Of a stretch of DNA of 64,000 bases, positions 21,113 through 30,453 are shown piece after piece; position 1 is the first letter of the stretch, and every line of letters begins with the position of its first letter. The notes below the pieces were generated by a model. The model saw only the letters and a list, made by a program, of their open reading frames with translations, had not been told where the DNA came from and did not search any database. A program made the position numbers and the translations under genes. The stretch comes from an uncultured Bacilli bacterium (GTDB lineage Bacteria; Bacillota_I; Bacilli_A; RF39; UBA660), in NCBI GenBank assembly GCA_934098705.1, contig CAKOPC010000002.1, positions 26,990-90,989 on the forward strand, in the 5' to 3' direction.

Positions 21113-22347
21113 TACTTATCATCTCCTTCAAATATCTTAAAGACCTTACCTAAAACTCCAACAGACGTAACTTTCTTTCTGGCATCAAGCATCTCTTCTA
21201 TTTTATCTTCACTAAGCATCGTATACTCTTTATCTCTCATTTTTAATTTTTCATTAAAATATTTTATCATGCCATAACAAGCAGCATATCTATTTTCTCT
21301 AATACCAATAATACCCAAATGGATTACTGAAGAATTTCTAGCAAATAACTCCTCCGCTATCGCATCAAAACCTAACATTGAAGTTATACCACCACTTATA
21401 ATTATATAACCTATTTCACGATTTGTTAAGTTATTTATCTCATTTTTTACTTTTTTTAGTATTTCAACACATCGTGATTCTATAATTTGAGAAAGATCAT
21501 ACTGATTTATATTAATCTTTTCTCCTACCCTATTTATACAAGTATAAACTTCATCACTATCAGCATACTTTCTATTACTAACAGCAAACTCTTCCTTTAT
21601 TTTTTTAGCATCATCTACTTTATAGTTAAAAGCAATATCTTCATCAATATTACGTCCACCCATAAGCATTATCTTTTCTTTTATCATTATACCCTTATTA
21701 AATATAGCAAGTTTTGTTGTTTCATCTCCAATATCTATTAAAGCAACAACTTTATTATCTAAATCAGGTGTTTTAACAGAGTAATAATTACCAACTGATG
21801 AAAATACAATATCTATAACATCTAAATTTAATGATTCTATAATAGAAGCTACAGAATAGACGTTTTTCTTTGGTACAGATGATGCAACTGCTTTAACTTC
21901 TAACTTTTTACAAGTTATATTAAAAGGGTCCTTTATTACAGTATTATCTGCCCTATATTCAATAGGCATAACGGATACAACTTCGTATCCTTCTTTTACA
22001 TTGTTTTTTAAAGCATTTTGTAAACAACTAAATATTACTTCACCTGTTACTTTATTATTATCTTCCGGAAGATTTACATTACCAGATACAATATCAAAAG
22101 TAACATTTGTTGATGGCACTATAGCAAGTACCTCAGTTATTTTAGTACCAAGATTACTTTCTATCTCTTTTATTCCTTTTTTTATAGCACTACTTACTTT
22201 AGTAGCATCAATAATAAGTCCTTGTTTCACACCTTGTGATGGTACTATACTTCGTGCCAAACAATTATATTTATGATTAAAATATTCTAAACAAACAATT
22301 TTTATGGTATCAGTACCTATATCTATACTAGTAAATATCTTTCTCAT
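21112..22347 (-). CDS. ftsA: Cell division protein FtsA (actin-like ATPase)
   Basis: 411 aa. Actin-fold N-terminus ([15 protein letters not shown]), immediately upstream of ftsZ with 1-bp overlap. Confidence 0.85.
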   Translation of the reverse strand: MRKIFTSIDIGTDTIKIVCLEYFNHKYNCLARSIVPSQGVKQGLIIDATKVSSAIKKGIKEIESNLGTKITEVLAIVPSTNVTFDIVSGNVNLPEDNNKVTGEVIFSCLQNALKNNVKEGYEVVSVMPIEYRADNTVIKDPFNITCKKLEVKAVASSVPKKNVYSVASIIESLNLDVIDIVFSSVGNYYSVKTPDLDNKVVALIDIGDETTKLAIFNKGIMIKEKIMLMGGRNIDEDIAFNYKVDDAKKIKEEFAVSNRKYADSDEVYTCINRVGEKININQYDLSQIIESRCVEILKKVKNEINNLTNREIGYIIISGGITSMLGFDAIAEELFARNSSVIHLGIIGIRENRYAACYGMIKYFNEKLKMRDKEYTMLSEDKIEEMLDARKKVTSVGVLGKVFKIFEGDDK

Positions 22348-22475
22348 ATCATACCCTCTTAACTACTTAATTAAATTATACAATATGAAAGTGTAAAACG
22401 CAAGAATAATATAAATTTTACATAATTAGACATTTTAAACAAAAAATACGCAAAATAACTTTACGTATCTTTACA

Positions 22476-22811
22476 TTATATCAAATCATTACCATTACTA
22501 TCTTTAGTATTACCAAGTAATATATCTATACCTTCTATAAAACCCCAAATGCCTGCAATTATTGGACCAAGTCCTAAAAATATCCAGCCAACTGTTGTTA
22601 AAAGAAGCTGTGTCAAACCTTTACTACTATAACCTAAGTAAAAGTTATGAATACCAAATCCTCCTAAAAATATACCTAAAATACCAGCTACTATCTTTGA
22701 TTTTCCAAATACAACACTTGGATTACTATTATTTAGTAATTTACCACAATTTAAACAAACATCAGCATCATTTGATTTAATTTTTTCTCCACAATTAGGA
22801 CAATACTTCAT
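22476..22811 (-). CDS. Zinc-ribbon + TM2-domain membrane protein
   Basis: 111 aa. N-terminal CPNCGEK...CLNCGK zinc ribbon, then two TM helices with the TM2-type GxxxG-rich motif (GILGIFLGGFGIHNFYLGY). Confidence 0.6.
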   Translation of the reverse strand: MKYCPNCGEKIKSNDADVCLNCGKLLNNSNPSVVFGKSKIVAGILGIFLGGFGIHNFYLGYSSKGLTQLLLTTVGWIFLGLGPIIAGIWGFIEGIDILLGNTKDSNGNDLI

Positions 22812-22816
22812 AAATA

Positions 22817-23413
22817 CTACTCTCCTTCACAAGATGTACATAAACCAAGATTTACATCTTGCATATATAATTTTAATTTTTCCTTTAGGCTCTCTACTCT
22901 ATCTTTAGTCCAGTATTGTACTGGAGTTATATTATCTTTCATAACTGATGTTTCATTATCATGATGAATTATATTACCATCAACAACAAATGATACATCA
23001 GGCACAAATATCTTTTCATTACCCTCATCATCATATAATAAATTACCATTTAAAGCCTTAAGAAGTTTTTTATAAAAATCAGTATTATTTTTTCTATCAT
23101 CTAATATATTATAATAATAAATCTTCTCTATTTCTTCTTCTTTTGCAACTTCATTTAAATATTTAACATAAGCTTTGCACCAAGGACACTCTGGGAACCC
23201 TAAATAAACAATACCTGTTCCATGTTGTAATATCTTTAAAATTTCATCTTGAGTTCTATAAACAAATACATTATCAGTTGTAATACCATATTCATCACTA
23301 AATTTTTCATTATCTGTCTTACCAAAATTCTTATTAACTATGGTATATATTATAAAAGCAATTAAAATAGAAGATATTATCATTAAAAACATTGTTAATA
23401 TTTTCTTTTTCAT
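22817..23413 (-). CDS. Membrane-anchored thioredoxin-fold protein (CPWC active site)
   Basis: 198 aa; N-terminal TM anchor, CxxC motif in FPECPWCKAYVKYL consistent with a thioredoxin-like fold. Confidence 0.5.
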   Translation of the reverse strand: MKKKILTMFLMIISSILIAFIIYTIVNKNFGKTDNEKFSDEYGITTDNVFVYRTQDEILKILQHGTGIVYLGFPECPWCKAYVKYLNEVAKEEEIEKIYYYNILDDRKNNTDFYKKLLKALNGNLLYDDEGNEKIFVPDVSFVVDGNIIHHDNETSVMKDNITPVQYWTKDRVESLKEKLKLYMQDVNLGLCTSCEGE

Positions 23414-23477
23414 TTAATATAAATCTCCTTTCAACACTAATATTATAATATAAAAGGATATAATTTTCAAGAATTAT

Positions 23478-23512
23478 AAAATAAAAAAACTAATAACAAA
23501 ACTACTTATTAG
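23478..23512 (-). terminator. Candidate terminator at the 3' end of the methyltransferase gene
   Basis: 7-bp inverted repeat CTAATAA / TTATTAG overlapping the stop codon, followed on the minus strand by a U-rich tract (TTTTTTTATTTTA). AT-only stem, so weak. Confidence 0.35.
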
Positions 23513-24224
23513 TCTTTCTATTTTCTAAATCAATACTTGTTGGAATATCTATTTTATTATCTGGTATTTCAAGTCCCCAGTTATCCCATCCATTATAATT
23601 TTCTCTTGCAAATAGTTCAATTTTTTCCTGAAATGGAAACATTTTACTTATACCTTCTATCACCTTAACAGGTTTTTTACTATGTTCTTCTCTTGGAAAA
23701 GTAATAAGTTGTCTTACATTTCTAGCTCCTCTAGGAGTTGGTATCACACCTTTTTTAAAGACAAGACAAAATTCAGTTTGTGATAAAGTATATCTACCTG
23801 GATTATGAATCATTTTATCCCACACAAAAGCAACTGTTTTATATTCAAATCCCCAGTAATTTCCAAGTTTTATAGCATTTTCAAACTGTGGTCCTGTAGT
23901 CCACATAAAAAGTAAACAACTTTTACTATCTGCAATAGATAAAACGTCAAGTTGCATTAAATCTTTAAGTTTTAAAGTGGGATACTTAAAAGATGCTGAA
24001 CTTAAAAAAATATTTTTAGTAAAACCAACATTTAAATCTTTTATAGTAGTTTTATCATATTGATATTTACCACCATAATCCCAAGGAGGATCCATATAAA
24101 TAATTTGATATTTTTTATTAGGTAATTTTGGATAAAGTTCATCTAAAGGATTAACCTTCTTTCTATTCTTACCTTGCACGTTATATATTGAATATGCTGT
24201 AATATTTTTACTACTATTATCCAT
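23502..24224 (-). CDS. MT-A70-family (beta-class) N6-adenine DNA methyltransferase; R-M system M subunit
   Basis: 240 aa. Catalytic motif IV DPPW (YMDPPWDYGG). Size and MT-A70-type arrangement fit a DNA MTase; divergent from a C-protein/REase pair. Confidence 0.75.
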   Translation of the reverse strand: MDNSSKNITAYSIYNVQGKNRKKVNPLDELYPKLPNKKYQIIYMDPPWDYGGKYQYDKTTIKDLNVGFTKNIFLSSASFKYPTLKLKDLMQLDVLSIADSKSCLLFMWTTGPQFENAIKLGNYWGFEYKTVAFVWDKMIHNPGRYTLSQTEFCLVFKKGVIPTPRGARNVRQLITFPREEHSKKPVKVIEGISKMFPFQEKIELFARENYNGWDNWGLEIPDNKIDIPTSIDLENRKTNK

Positions 24225-24285
24225 AATTTCACCTCATTATCATTTTACATTTTTATTAATATTTAGTCAATAATACATAAAAATG

Positions 24286-24330
24286 TTGTATATATACCGT
24301 TGTAATATATACCAAGTGTATATTATATTA
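24286..24330. promoter_or_regulatory. Candidate C-box / operator in the divergent M <- -> C intergenic region
   Basis: Palindrome GTATATATAC (24288-24297), second copy AATATATACC (24304-24313) 14 bp downstream, and GTGTATATTAT (24318-24328), immediately upstream of the C-protein ATG (24347). Confidence 0.35.
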
Positions 24331-24346
24331 ATGATGGTGATGCAAA

Positions 24347-24556
24347 ATGGACTTAGAAAAATTAGGAAATCGTATAAAATCTCTAAGACAAAATATGGGA
24401 ATAAGTCAAGAAGACTTTGCTCTTCAAATAGGTATGGATAGAACATATTATTCCGCAATCGAAAATGGTAAACATAATATTACTATTAAAAATTTATACA
24501 AAATAGCAAACGGTTTAAAAATAACAATTAGTGAATTATTAAATATTTTTAAATAA
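24347..24556 (+). CDS. Controller (C) protein, XRE-family helix-turn-helix regulator of the R-M system
   Basis: 69 aa; HTH (ISQEDFALQIGMDRTYYSAIENGK). Sits between the MTase and REase genes, the classic C-protein position (as in PvuII/BamHI-type systems). Confidence 0.7.
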   Translation: MDLEKLGNRIKSLRQNMGISQEDFALQIGMDRTYYSAIENGKHNITIKNLYKIANGLKITISELLNIFK

Positions 24557-24571
24557 TTTAATGGAGGTTGT

Positions 24572-25180
24572 ATGGGTAAATTACAGTTAAGTAAAAGAGC
24601 AAACTGGGAAAGTACAAGTGGTAAAAAGGCAGAAAAAGCAGAACAAAACTTATATAAAGTTTTTGAAAAAGAATTTAAAAATACAAAATATATTTTATAT
24701 AAAAAGCCTACATTTTTAAAAGATTTATATGCAAATGTAAAACTTGATGATGAAGTTTTAAAAGCAATTTATAATCCAAATATTGATTTAAAGAAAACAA
24801 AATGGGGCATTTGTCCTGATTTTGCTATTCAAAATAAAGAAACAGGTAAAATTCTTTTTGGAGAGATAAAAAGACAAGATGGCTGGGTTGAAGGAAAAAA
24901 TCCAAGTGCAGGAAGAGGTAATGCTCACGAAAGATTCTGCAAATTCTTCACACCAGGATTATTAAAAGCATGTCGCAAAATTGGAAAAATAAAAAGTAAA
25001 GAAATTCTCCCATTTTGGGTAGTCTTTGAAGGAGATGTTACAAGAGATCCAAAAAGAGTAAGAGAAATAACTTTTTTATTTGATAAATATAACAAAAACT
25101 TTTTTATGTGGCGTCCTAATGAAACTGGTGATGTGTTAATTAATCACTTTAACAAATACTTAAAAAAATATTTAGACTAA
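24572..25180 (+). CDS. Putative type II restriction endonuclease (PD-(D/E)xK fold)
   Basis: 202 aa. Candidate PD...(D/E)xK motif: GICPDFAI ... FGEIKRQ. Follows the C gene by 15 bp with an RBS (GGAGG). Confidence 0.55.
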   Translation: MGKLQLSKRANWESTSGKKAEKAEQNLYKVFEKEFKNTKYILYKKPTFLKDLYANVKLDDEVLKAIYNPNIDLKKTKWGICPDFAIQNKETGKILFGEIKRQDGWVEGKNPSAGRGNAHERFCKFFTPGLLKACRKIGKIKSKEILPFWVVFEGDVTRDPKRVREITFLFDKYNKNFFMWRPNETGDVLINHFNKYLKKYLD

Positions 25181-25197
25181 AATTCTAAATATTTTTT
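25165..25197. terminator. Intrinsic terminator at the 3' end of the REase gene (bidirectional with the PAP2 gene)
   Basis: 11-bp stem AAAATATTTAG / CTAAATATTTT with a 9-nt loop containing the TAA stop, followed by TTTT. Confidence 0.45.
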
Positions 25198-25210
25198 ATA
25201 TGTTTTATTA

Positions 25211-25858
25211 TTATAAATCTAAAATATCAAAATTAAGTATTAAATCAAATAGTTTTTTATCTTTATATTTTTCAGCCACTTTATAAATTAATTTAGTTAT
25301 AAAGTAAGCGATAACAGAAGCTGTAAAGCCTGATGCTATGCCTCCTAAAATGTCTGATGGATAATGTACCATTAAGTAATTTCTTGAAATACCCATTAAG
25401 ATTAAAAATATAAAAGCACTCCAACCTTTCTTTTTATCACAAATCAAAAATACACTCATTGCAAAAGCAGAAGCAGCAGTTGCATGTCCTGATGGAAAAG
25501 AAAAACCATCTTCCATAACACTTCCAGCATCATTCCACCATGTATTATAAACACCTAAAGTATCTATAAAAGGTCTTGGTCTTGCAATTAAATCTTTTAA
25601 AATAATATTTGTAAATATTGCCCCACAGCCAATAGCACCAAAAATACATATTCCAAGTTTTCTTGTCTTTTTAAAAAGCATTAAAATAATAGATAAAAGT
25701 ATTAAAAATATTCCCTTTTCTCCAAGTAAACTTATAAACTTAAAAAAAGGTGTAAAGAAACCATTTGTTGCCTCTAAAAACTTATGTAAAGCCTCTAAAA
25801 TTGCATAATCATACGAAGCAAAAGCATTATTAATTAAATTTGCTACATTAAATAACAT
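25211..25858 (-). CDS. PAP2-family membrane phosphatase (undecaprenyl-diphosphatase / lipid phosphatase-like)
   Basis: 215 aa. PAP2 motifs KxxxxxxRP (KDLIARPRP), PSGH (SFPSGHATAASAF), SRxxxxxHxxxD (SRNYLMVHYPSD); polytopic. Confidence 0.75.
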   Translation of the reverse strand: MLFNVANLINNAFASYDYAILEALHKFLEATNGFFTPFFKFISLLGEKGIFLILLSIILMLFKKTRKLGICIFGAIGCGAIFTNIILKDLIARPRPFIDTLGVYNTWWNDAGSVMEDGFSFPSGHATAASAFAMSVFLICDKKKGWSAFIFLILMGISRNYLMVHYPSDILGGIASGFTASVIAYFITKLIYKVAEKYKDKKLFDLILNFDILDL

Positions 25859-25922
25859 AAATTACCTCCATATTTTTACATATTTTTTAAACAAGTTAAA
25901 CAAAATTAATTCATTATTTTGT

Positions 25923-26726
25923 TTAATTATTACTATTTGTTATATAAATATTACCTGCACTTGCATCAATATAAGTAATATTTACACCATTACCATATAC
26001 TTTATCTTCCAAAACTTTACCATCTATTAAAACCTTACCTACACTTTTATCAATGATAAATTTATAATCTTTAATGTCATCTTTTATATTCATATTTAAA
26101 TTGCCAACACCAAGATCTAACTTAGTATTACCATAAAATATACCATCTATTGTAATATTTGATACACCACCATCTAAACTTAAATTGTTAAAAACAGAAT
26201 TATTAATAGTAACATTACCTGCCCCAGTTTCTATCTTAGCATTTCTATTTACCGTTAAATCATTAATAGTTACCTTACCAGCTTCAAAATCTGTTTCAAA
26301 AAAGTCTGTAACTAGCTTTTCTACTTTTACACTACCAGTATCAACTTCTAAAGAAGTTTCATAAAGTTTATACCCTAAAGGAACAGTAATTGTTACAACT
26401 TGTAGCATTTTATTATTAAGTAAGCTATGATTTTTTTCTTTGATAACAAGTTTGTTACCTTCCTCATAAATTTCTATATATTTACTTGAAGTATCAAAAG
26501 TAAATTCTTCTCCTGATACAATATTTAAAGATGTAGCCTTTAAATCAATATCAAGTGTATCTATATTTTTTGAAATACTATAATGTTTTATACTATCAAA
26601 ACCATCATCAAAACCTATGCCTGTAATACTTGAAAAAGCAAATATAATTCCTGATACAATACTAATAATTATAGATATTGCAAAACAAATTGCTAAATAT
26701 TTTATTATCCTTTGTATTAACGTCAT
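25923..26726 (-). CDS. DUF4097-like (putative beta-helical 'adhesin' domain) membrane-anchored protein
   Basis: 267 aa. N-terminal TM, then repetitive beta-strand-rich sequence with recurring G.G..V.I / N.T..G motifs, as in YvlB/DUF4097 proteins; 4-bp overlap with the upstream LiaF-like gene. Confidence 0.45.
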   Translation of the reverse strand: MTLIQRIIKYLAICFAISIIISIVSGIIFAFSSITGIGFDDGFDSIKHYSISKNIDTLDIDLKATSLNIVSGEEFTFDTSSKYIEIYEEGNKLVIKEKNHSLLNNKMLQVVTITVPLGYKLYETSLEVDTGSVKVEKLVTDFFETDFEAGKVTINDLTVNRNAKIETGAGNVTINNSVFNNLSLDGGVSNITIDGIFYGNTKLDLGVGNLNMNIKDDIKDYKFIIDKSVGKVLIDGKVLEDKVYGNGVNITYIDASAGNIYITNSNN

Positions 26727-27397
26727 TTTATACTAGCTCCTCCAAATATACATGTTATATTAAGATAAATAGTATGATTATTGTTAGAGAATACTTTATC
26801 TTTTCTCTCATCACTTACTCCCCCAAATATAGGAACACTGTTTACCTTTAAATTAACATCTTTAGAAAGTTTTATATCAAGTCCACCAAATACACATGTT
26901 GCATTAATAACAACATCTTCTTTTATATTAGCACCTTCTAAATTTAACTTTACACCACCAAATATAGAATCAATAGTGCATCCTTTAAAATCTTGATTAT
27001 CATAATTTATATCATTGCCTGCAAAAGAAGCATTATAATATGGCATACCTTCTTTAGTTTTATTTATAGTTTTAATCTCTTTACTAAATTTACCATCAAA
27101 CATAATTGATAAACCAATACCAATTAAAATAATAGGTAAAAGAATCTTCCAGAAAACAGCAAAACTAAATAAATTATTAGAAGCTAAAAGTAATAATACT
27201 CCAACTAAAATTCCTATAAATGTTGATACTTTAACACCTTCTGTAAATAATGAAATAACACAAGGTACAATTATAAATAAAGTCCACCAACCATCAAATA
27301 GTAAATTTACTTTCACAATATTAAAGGAATTAAGAAAAATTAAAACAGCAACTACTATAAAAAACAGTCCCCAAATAACATTTTTATAAGATTTCAT
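26723..27397 (-). CDS. LiaF-like membrane protein (cell-wall-active antibiotic response protein family, DUF2154-like C-terminus)
   Basis: 224 aa. Four N-terminal TM helices, then a C-terminal domain with repeated xFGGxxI motifs (IFGGVKLNL, VFGGLDIKL, IFGGVSD, IFGGASIK). Confidence 0.5.
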   Translation of the reverse strand: MKSYKNVIWGLFFIVVAVLIFLNSFNIVKVNLLFDGWWTLFIIVPCVISLFTEGVKVSTFIGILVGVLLLLASNNLFSFAVFWKILLPIILIGIGLSIMFDGKFSKEIKTINKTKEGMPYYNASFAGNDINYDNQDFKGCTIDSIFGGVKLNLEGANIKEDVVINATCVFGGLDIKLSKDVNLKVNSVPIFGGVSDERKDKVFSNNNHTIYLNITCIFGGASIK

Positions 27398-27486
27398 AAA
27401 AAATTCCTCCTTAAAATAATTATAATATATAAAATTTAAATTTAAAAGATAAAACTATCACATACACTTGATAGTTTTAAACATTT

Positions 27487-28695
27487 TTAAAAATTAAACA
27501 TTATCCACTCTGGTTTTACAATTAATAATATTCCTATTATAAGCATTAAAATACCCCCAATAAGTTTAGAATATTTACTATATTTATTAGAAATACCACT
27601 AACCTTTAAAGTAAGCATAGCAATAACAAATACTATTATATCGTCAAGCAAAAAGAATAGTATGTATAAAAGTGTGTAAATAAATGCTGTAAATCCATGT
27701 ATATTATTTATAGCAAGTATACTAGAAAATAACATTGGTAAGCCAGCAGAACAAGCAAGTTCCACAATGTTTACACTAACAGCAAGTGTTATAACACCAA
27801 TTAATGCAAGAATAAAATTTTGTTCTTTTGTAAACTTCTTTATCTTTTCAAAAATACTTTTACGTTTTTTGACACTTGTTACATTACATCCAACATCTTT
27901 TACTTTTACTGATTTATAAAAACCATATAAATTAAATAAAGCACCTACTATAGCAATTATAGCAATTATTGTCCTAATTATAACTGACGCACTAAATGAT
28001 TCTGCTATTTTTAGCCACGACATCATAATAAGCATATAAACAAAGGCTGATGCCACTAAAAAAGTTATACCAAGTATCCATTTTCTTTTTTTATTTTCCA
28101 TGCCAAGTAAAGAACTTATCAAAAATAATAATACCCACATAGCACATGGATTAAATCCATCAACAAGTCCTATAACTATAGACATTAAAACAAGAGAAGT
28201 GTTTTTAACATCTATTTTACCAAGAAAAGGTAAAACTTCTTTATTTTCATTATTAACATTATCTTTTTTATTATCATCATTACTATTACTATTATCTTCT
28301 TTACTATCATTATTATCTTTTGTATTATTATCATCAATCTTTTCAATACCTAAGTATTCTACAATTAAATTTTCTATTTTTTCGTTATACTCTTCCATAT
28401 AACCAAGTACATAATCATCACCAATAACTAAAAAAGGAACTCCATTTTGCTTTACACCAAGTCTTTCTTTTTCATCAAGCATTTTACTTTCATTATCACG
28501 ATTTTTATATACTTCATACTCTTCTATGGCTAAAGAATCATACTTTTCTTTAAGCTCTGCCAAAAATACTTTTTCCCTCCTGCAATGAGGACAAGAATAT
28601 CCATAATAAAGCTGTATACTATCATCCTTTGCACTTACATTTAAAGTAAATAAAGATAAAATAACAACAAATAATATCTTTATAAATTTTTTCAT
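27487..28695 (-). CDS. Thioredoxin-like domain fused to a CcdA/DsbD-type thiol-disulfide transporter membrane domain
   Basis: 402 aa. Signal/anchor, CPHC thioredoxin-like domain (YGYSCPHCRREK), Asn/Asp/Lys low-complexity linker, then polytopic domain with a conserved Cys in a TM helix (FNPCAMWVLLFL) as in CcdA/DsbD. Confidence 0.6.
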   Translation of the reverse strand: MKKFIKILFVVILSLFTLNVSAKDDSIQLYYGYSCPHCRREKVFLAELKEKYDSLAIEEYEVYKNRDNESKMLDEKERLGVKQNGVPFLVIGDDYVLGYMEEYNEKIENLIVEYLGIEKIDDNNTKDNNDSKEDNSNSNDDNKKDNVNNENKEVLPFLGKIDVKNTSLVLMSIVIGLVDGFNPCAMWVLLFLISSLLGMENKKRKWILGITFLVASAFVYMLIMMSWLKIAESFSASVIIRTIIAIIAIVGALFNLYGFYKSVKVKDVGCNVTSVKKRKSIFEKIKKFTKEQNFILALIGVITLAVSVNIVELACSAGLPMLFSSILAINNIHGFTAFIYTLLYILFFLLDDIIVFVIAMLTLKVSGISNKYSKYSKLIGGILMLIIGILLIVKPEWIMFNF

Positions 28696-28961
28696 AATAC
28701 TTTCTCCACTGCTTTTATAAATTCCTCTTTTTTATGTTCTCCAACAAGTCTTTTTACTTCTTTACCATCCTTCATGAATATAAAAACAGGCAATATATCC
28801 CCAACATTATACTCTTCTATTTCATCCATATCATAATCAAGGCTTAATACTTCTATATCTTTATCCTTGATAAAATCATTAAATATTCTATTCATAACAA
28901 GACAACTATTACACCATAAAGCAGTAATTTTTACTATTTTCATTTTAACTTCTCCATACAT
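28692..28961 (-). CDS. Small thioredoxin-family protein
   Basis: 89 aa; WCNSC CxxC active site in the canonical position (KITALWCNSCLVM). Confidence 0.65.
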   Translation of the reverse strand: MYGEVKMKIVKITALWCNSCLVMNRIFNDFIKDKDIEVLSLDYDMDEIEEYNVGDILPVFIFMKDGKEVKRLVGEHKKEEFIKAVEKVL

Positions 28962-30055
28962 TCTTTAAAACATTTTAAAAATTCTAATACATCTTCCTTA
29001 CTAGTTTTATAAGATAAACTTATCCTTATACTATGTGTTGCCTTATCTAAATCATTTGTTAAAGCTAAAACTGCCTGGGATACATTATTCATACTACAAG
29101 CTGTTTTAGTTGAAATATATATATTATATTCTTCTAACATATGTTGCATAGTTTCAGGTTTAATATCCTTTATACTTAAATTTATTATATGTGGTATACA
29201 ATAATCATTACTATTTATAAAAACATTATCCATCTTGCTTAAATTATCCTTTAAATAAGAATTTAGTTCTTTTACATAATTATATTTTTTGTCAAAATCT
29301 TCATAAACAATCCTTAAAGCTTTAGCTGTTGATGCAATAAGAGCAGTTGGAGGAGTACCACTTCTAAAAACAGTTGTTGATTTTCCACCATGTATTAAAG
29401 GTTCAATTACTATATTACTTTTTTTATATAGAACACCTATTCCTTTAAAACCATAAAACTTTTGTGCTGAAAAACTTGCTAAATCAACATATTTTAATGA
29501 TACCTTTTCCTTACCAATACTTTGGGTTATATCGCTATGAAAAAAGGCTCTACTATTTTCTTTTATAATCTTACCTATTTCATCTAAATCTTGTCTTATA
29601 CCTATTTCACTATTTACACTTGCGATACTTACAAGAATAGTATCATCTTGTAATTTATTTTTTAAATCTTCTAAATCAACCTTACCATTTTTATCCAAAT
29701 TAACAAATGAAACACTAAATCCTAAGTTTTGTAAATATGATAAAGGTGCAACAATAGAGGAATGCTCAAGATTTGTTGTAATAATATGTTTGCCTCTATT
29801 TTGATATTTAAAACATATTCCCTTTATCGCTGTATTATTTGCTTCACTTGCTCCACTTGTATAAATAATTTCATCACTATTAACTCCTAAAATATCTGCT
29901 ATCTGTCTTGTTGAAGCATCAATTAAAGCTTTAGCTTCTGTTCCAAGTTTATGTAAAGAATTAGGATTACCAATAAAATTATTAGTTACTTTAACATATG
30001 TATCTAAAACATCTTTATCAACTGGTGTTGTTGCACTATAATCTAAATATATCAT
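28940..30055 (-). CDS. Cysteine desulfurase (class V aminotransferase, NifS/IscS-like)
   Basis: 371 aa; MIYLDYSATTP N-terminus, PLP-lysine context SFSAQKFYGFKGIG, C-terminal Cys-containing loop (TKTACS). Confidence 0.85.
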   Translation of the reverse strand: MIYLDYSATTPVDKDVLDTYVKVTNNFIGNPNSLHKLGTEAKALIDASTRQIADILGVNSDEIIYTSGASEANNTAIKGICFKYQNRGKHIITTNLEHSSIVAPLSYLQNLGFSVSFVNLDKNGKVDLEDLKNKLQDDTILVSIASVNSEIGIRQDLDEIGKIIKENSRAFFHSDITQSIGKEKVSLKYVDLASFSAQKFYGFKGIGVLYKKSNIVIEPLIHGGKSTTVFRSGTPPTALIASTAKALRIVYEDFDKKYNYVKELNSYLKDNLSKMDNVFINSNDYCIPHIINLSIKDIKPETMQHMLEEYNIYISTKTACSMNNVSQAVLALTNDLDKATHSIRISLSYKTSKEDVLEFLKCFKECMEKLK

Positions 30056-30066
30056 TTTAAAACTCC

Positions 30067-30390
30067 CTATTTTGCTCTAAATAAATAATTTATTAAATAA
30101 ATTAAAAACCATACAAAAAATACTATTAATATCCAAGATAAAACATCATAAAATAAACCAGTTGAATATTTAGCTAATATTTCAAAAATTGAACCTGGAA
30201 TATTTCTATTAACAAAATCTGCAACTTCATCTATTCCTAAATGATTTGCAATATAATTTACAAGTCTTAAAAATATTTCAACAATTCCAATTAAATATGT
30301 AACCCATTTTATATCTCTTAATAAAAATATAACTAAAGCAACTAATACTAAAAATACTATTAAATCCATACTACTTAATACCTCCAACAT
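30067..30390 (-). CDS. Small hypothetical membrane protein (2-3 TM helices)
   Basis: 107 aa, hydrophobic; no motif recognised. Confidence 0.4.
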   Translation of the reverse strand: MLEVLSSMDLIVFLVLVALVIFLLRDIKWVTYLIGIVEIFLRLVNYIANHLGIDEVADFVNRNIPGSIFEILAKYSTGLFYDVLSWILIVFFVWFLIYLINYLFRAK

Positions 30391-30453
30391 TACAAAAATA
30401 ATTATACCATGCTACATAGAAAAGTTAAAGAAAAAATAATAATTACTAAAAAT

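Noticed and set aside
21487-22276. Plus-strand ORFs 21487..21741 and 22001..22276 inside ftsA
   Set aside because: Antisense to ftsA; no independent support.
22562-22780. 72-aa plus-strand ORF antisense to the TM2-domain gene
   Set aside because: Shadow ORF.
24267-24458. 63-aa minus-strand ORF spanning the M/C intergenic region and the 5' end of the C gene
   Set aside because: Overlaps the C-protein gene on the opposite strand and the candidate operator; the HTH-encoding plus-strand ORF is far better supported.
26781-26996. 71-aa plus-strand ORF inside the LiaF-like gene
   Set aside because: Antisense shadow ORF.
28100-28402. 100-aa plus-strand Ser/Leu-rich ORF antisense to the thioredoxin-CcdA fusion gene
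   Set aside because: Arises from the antisense of the Asn/Asp-rich low-complexity linker; artefact.
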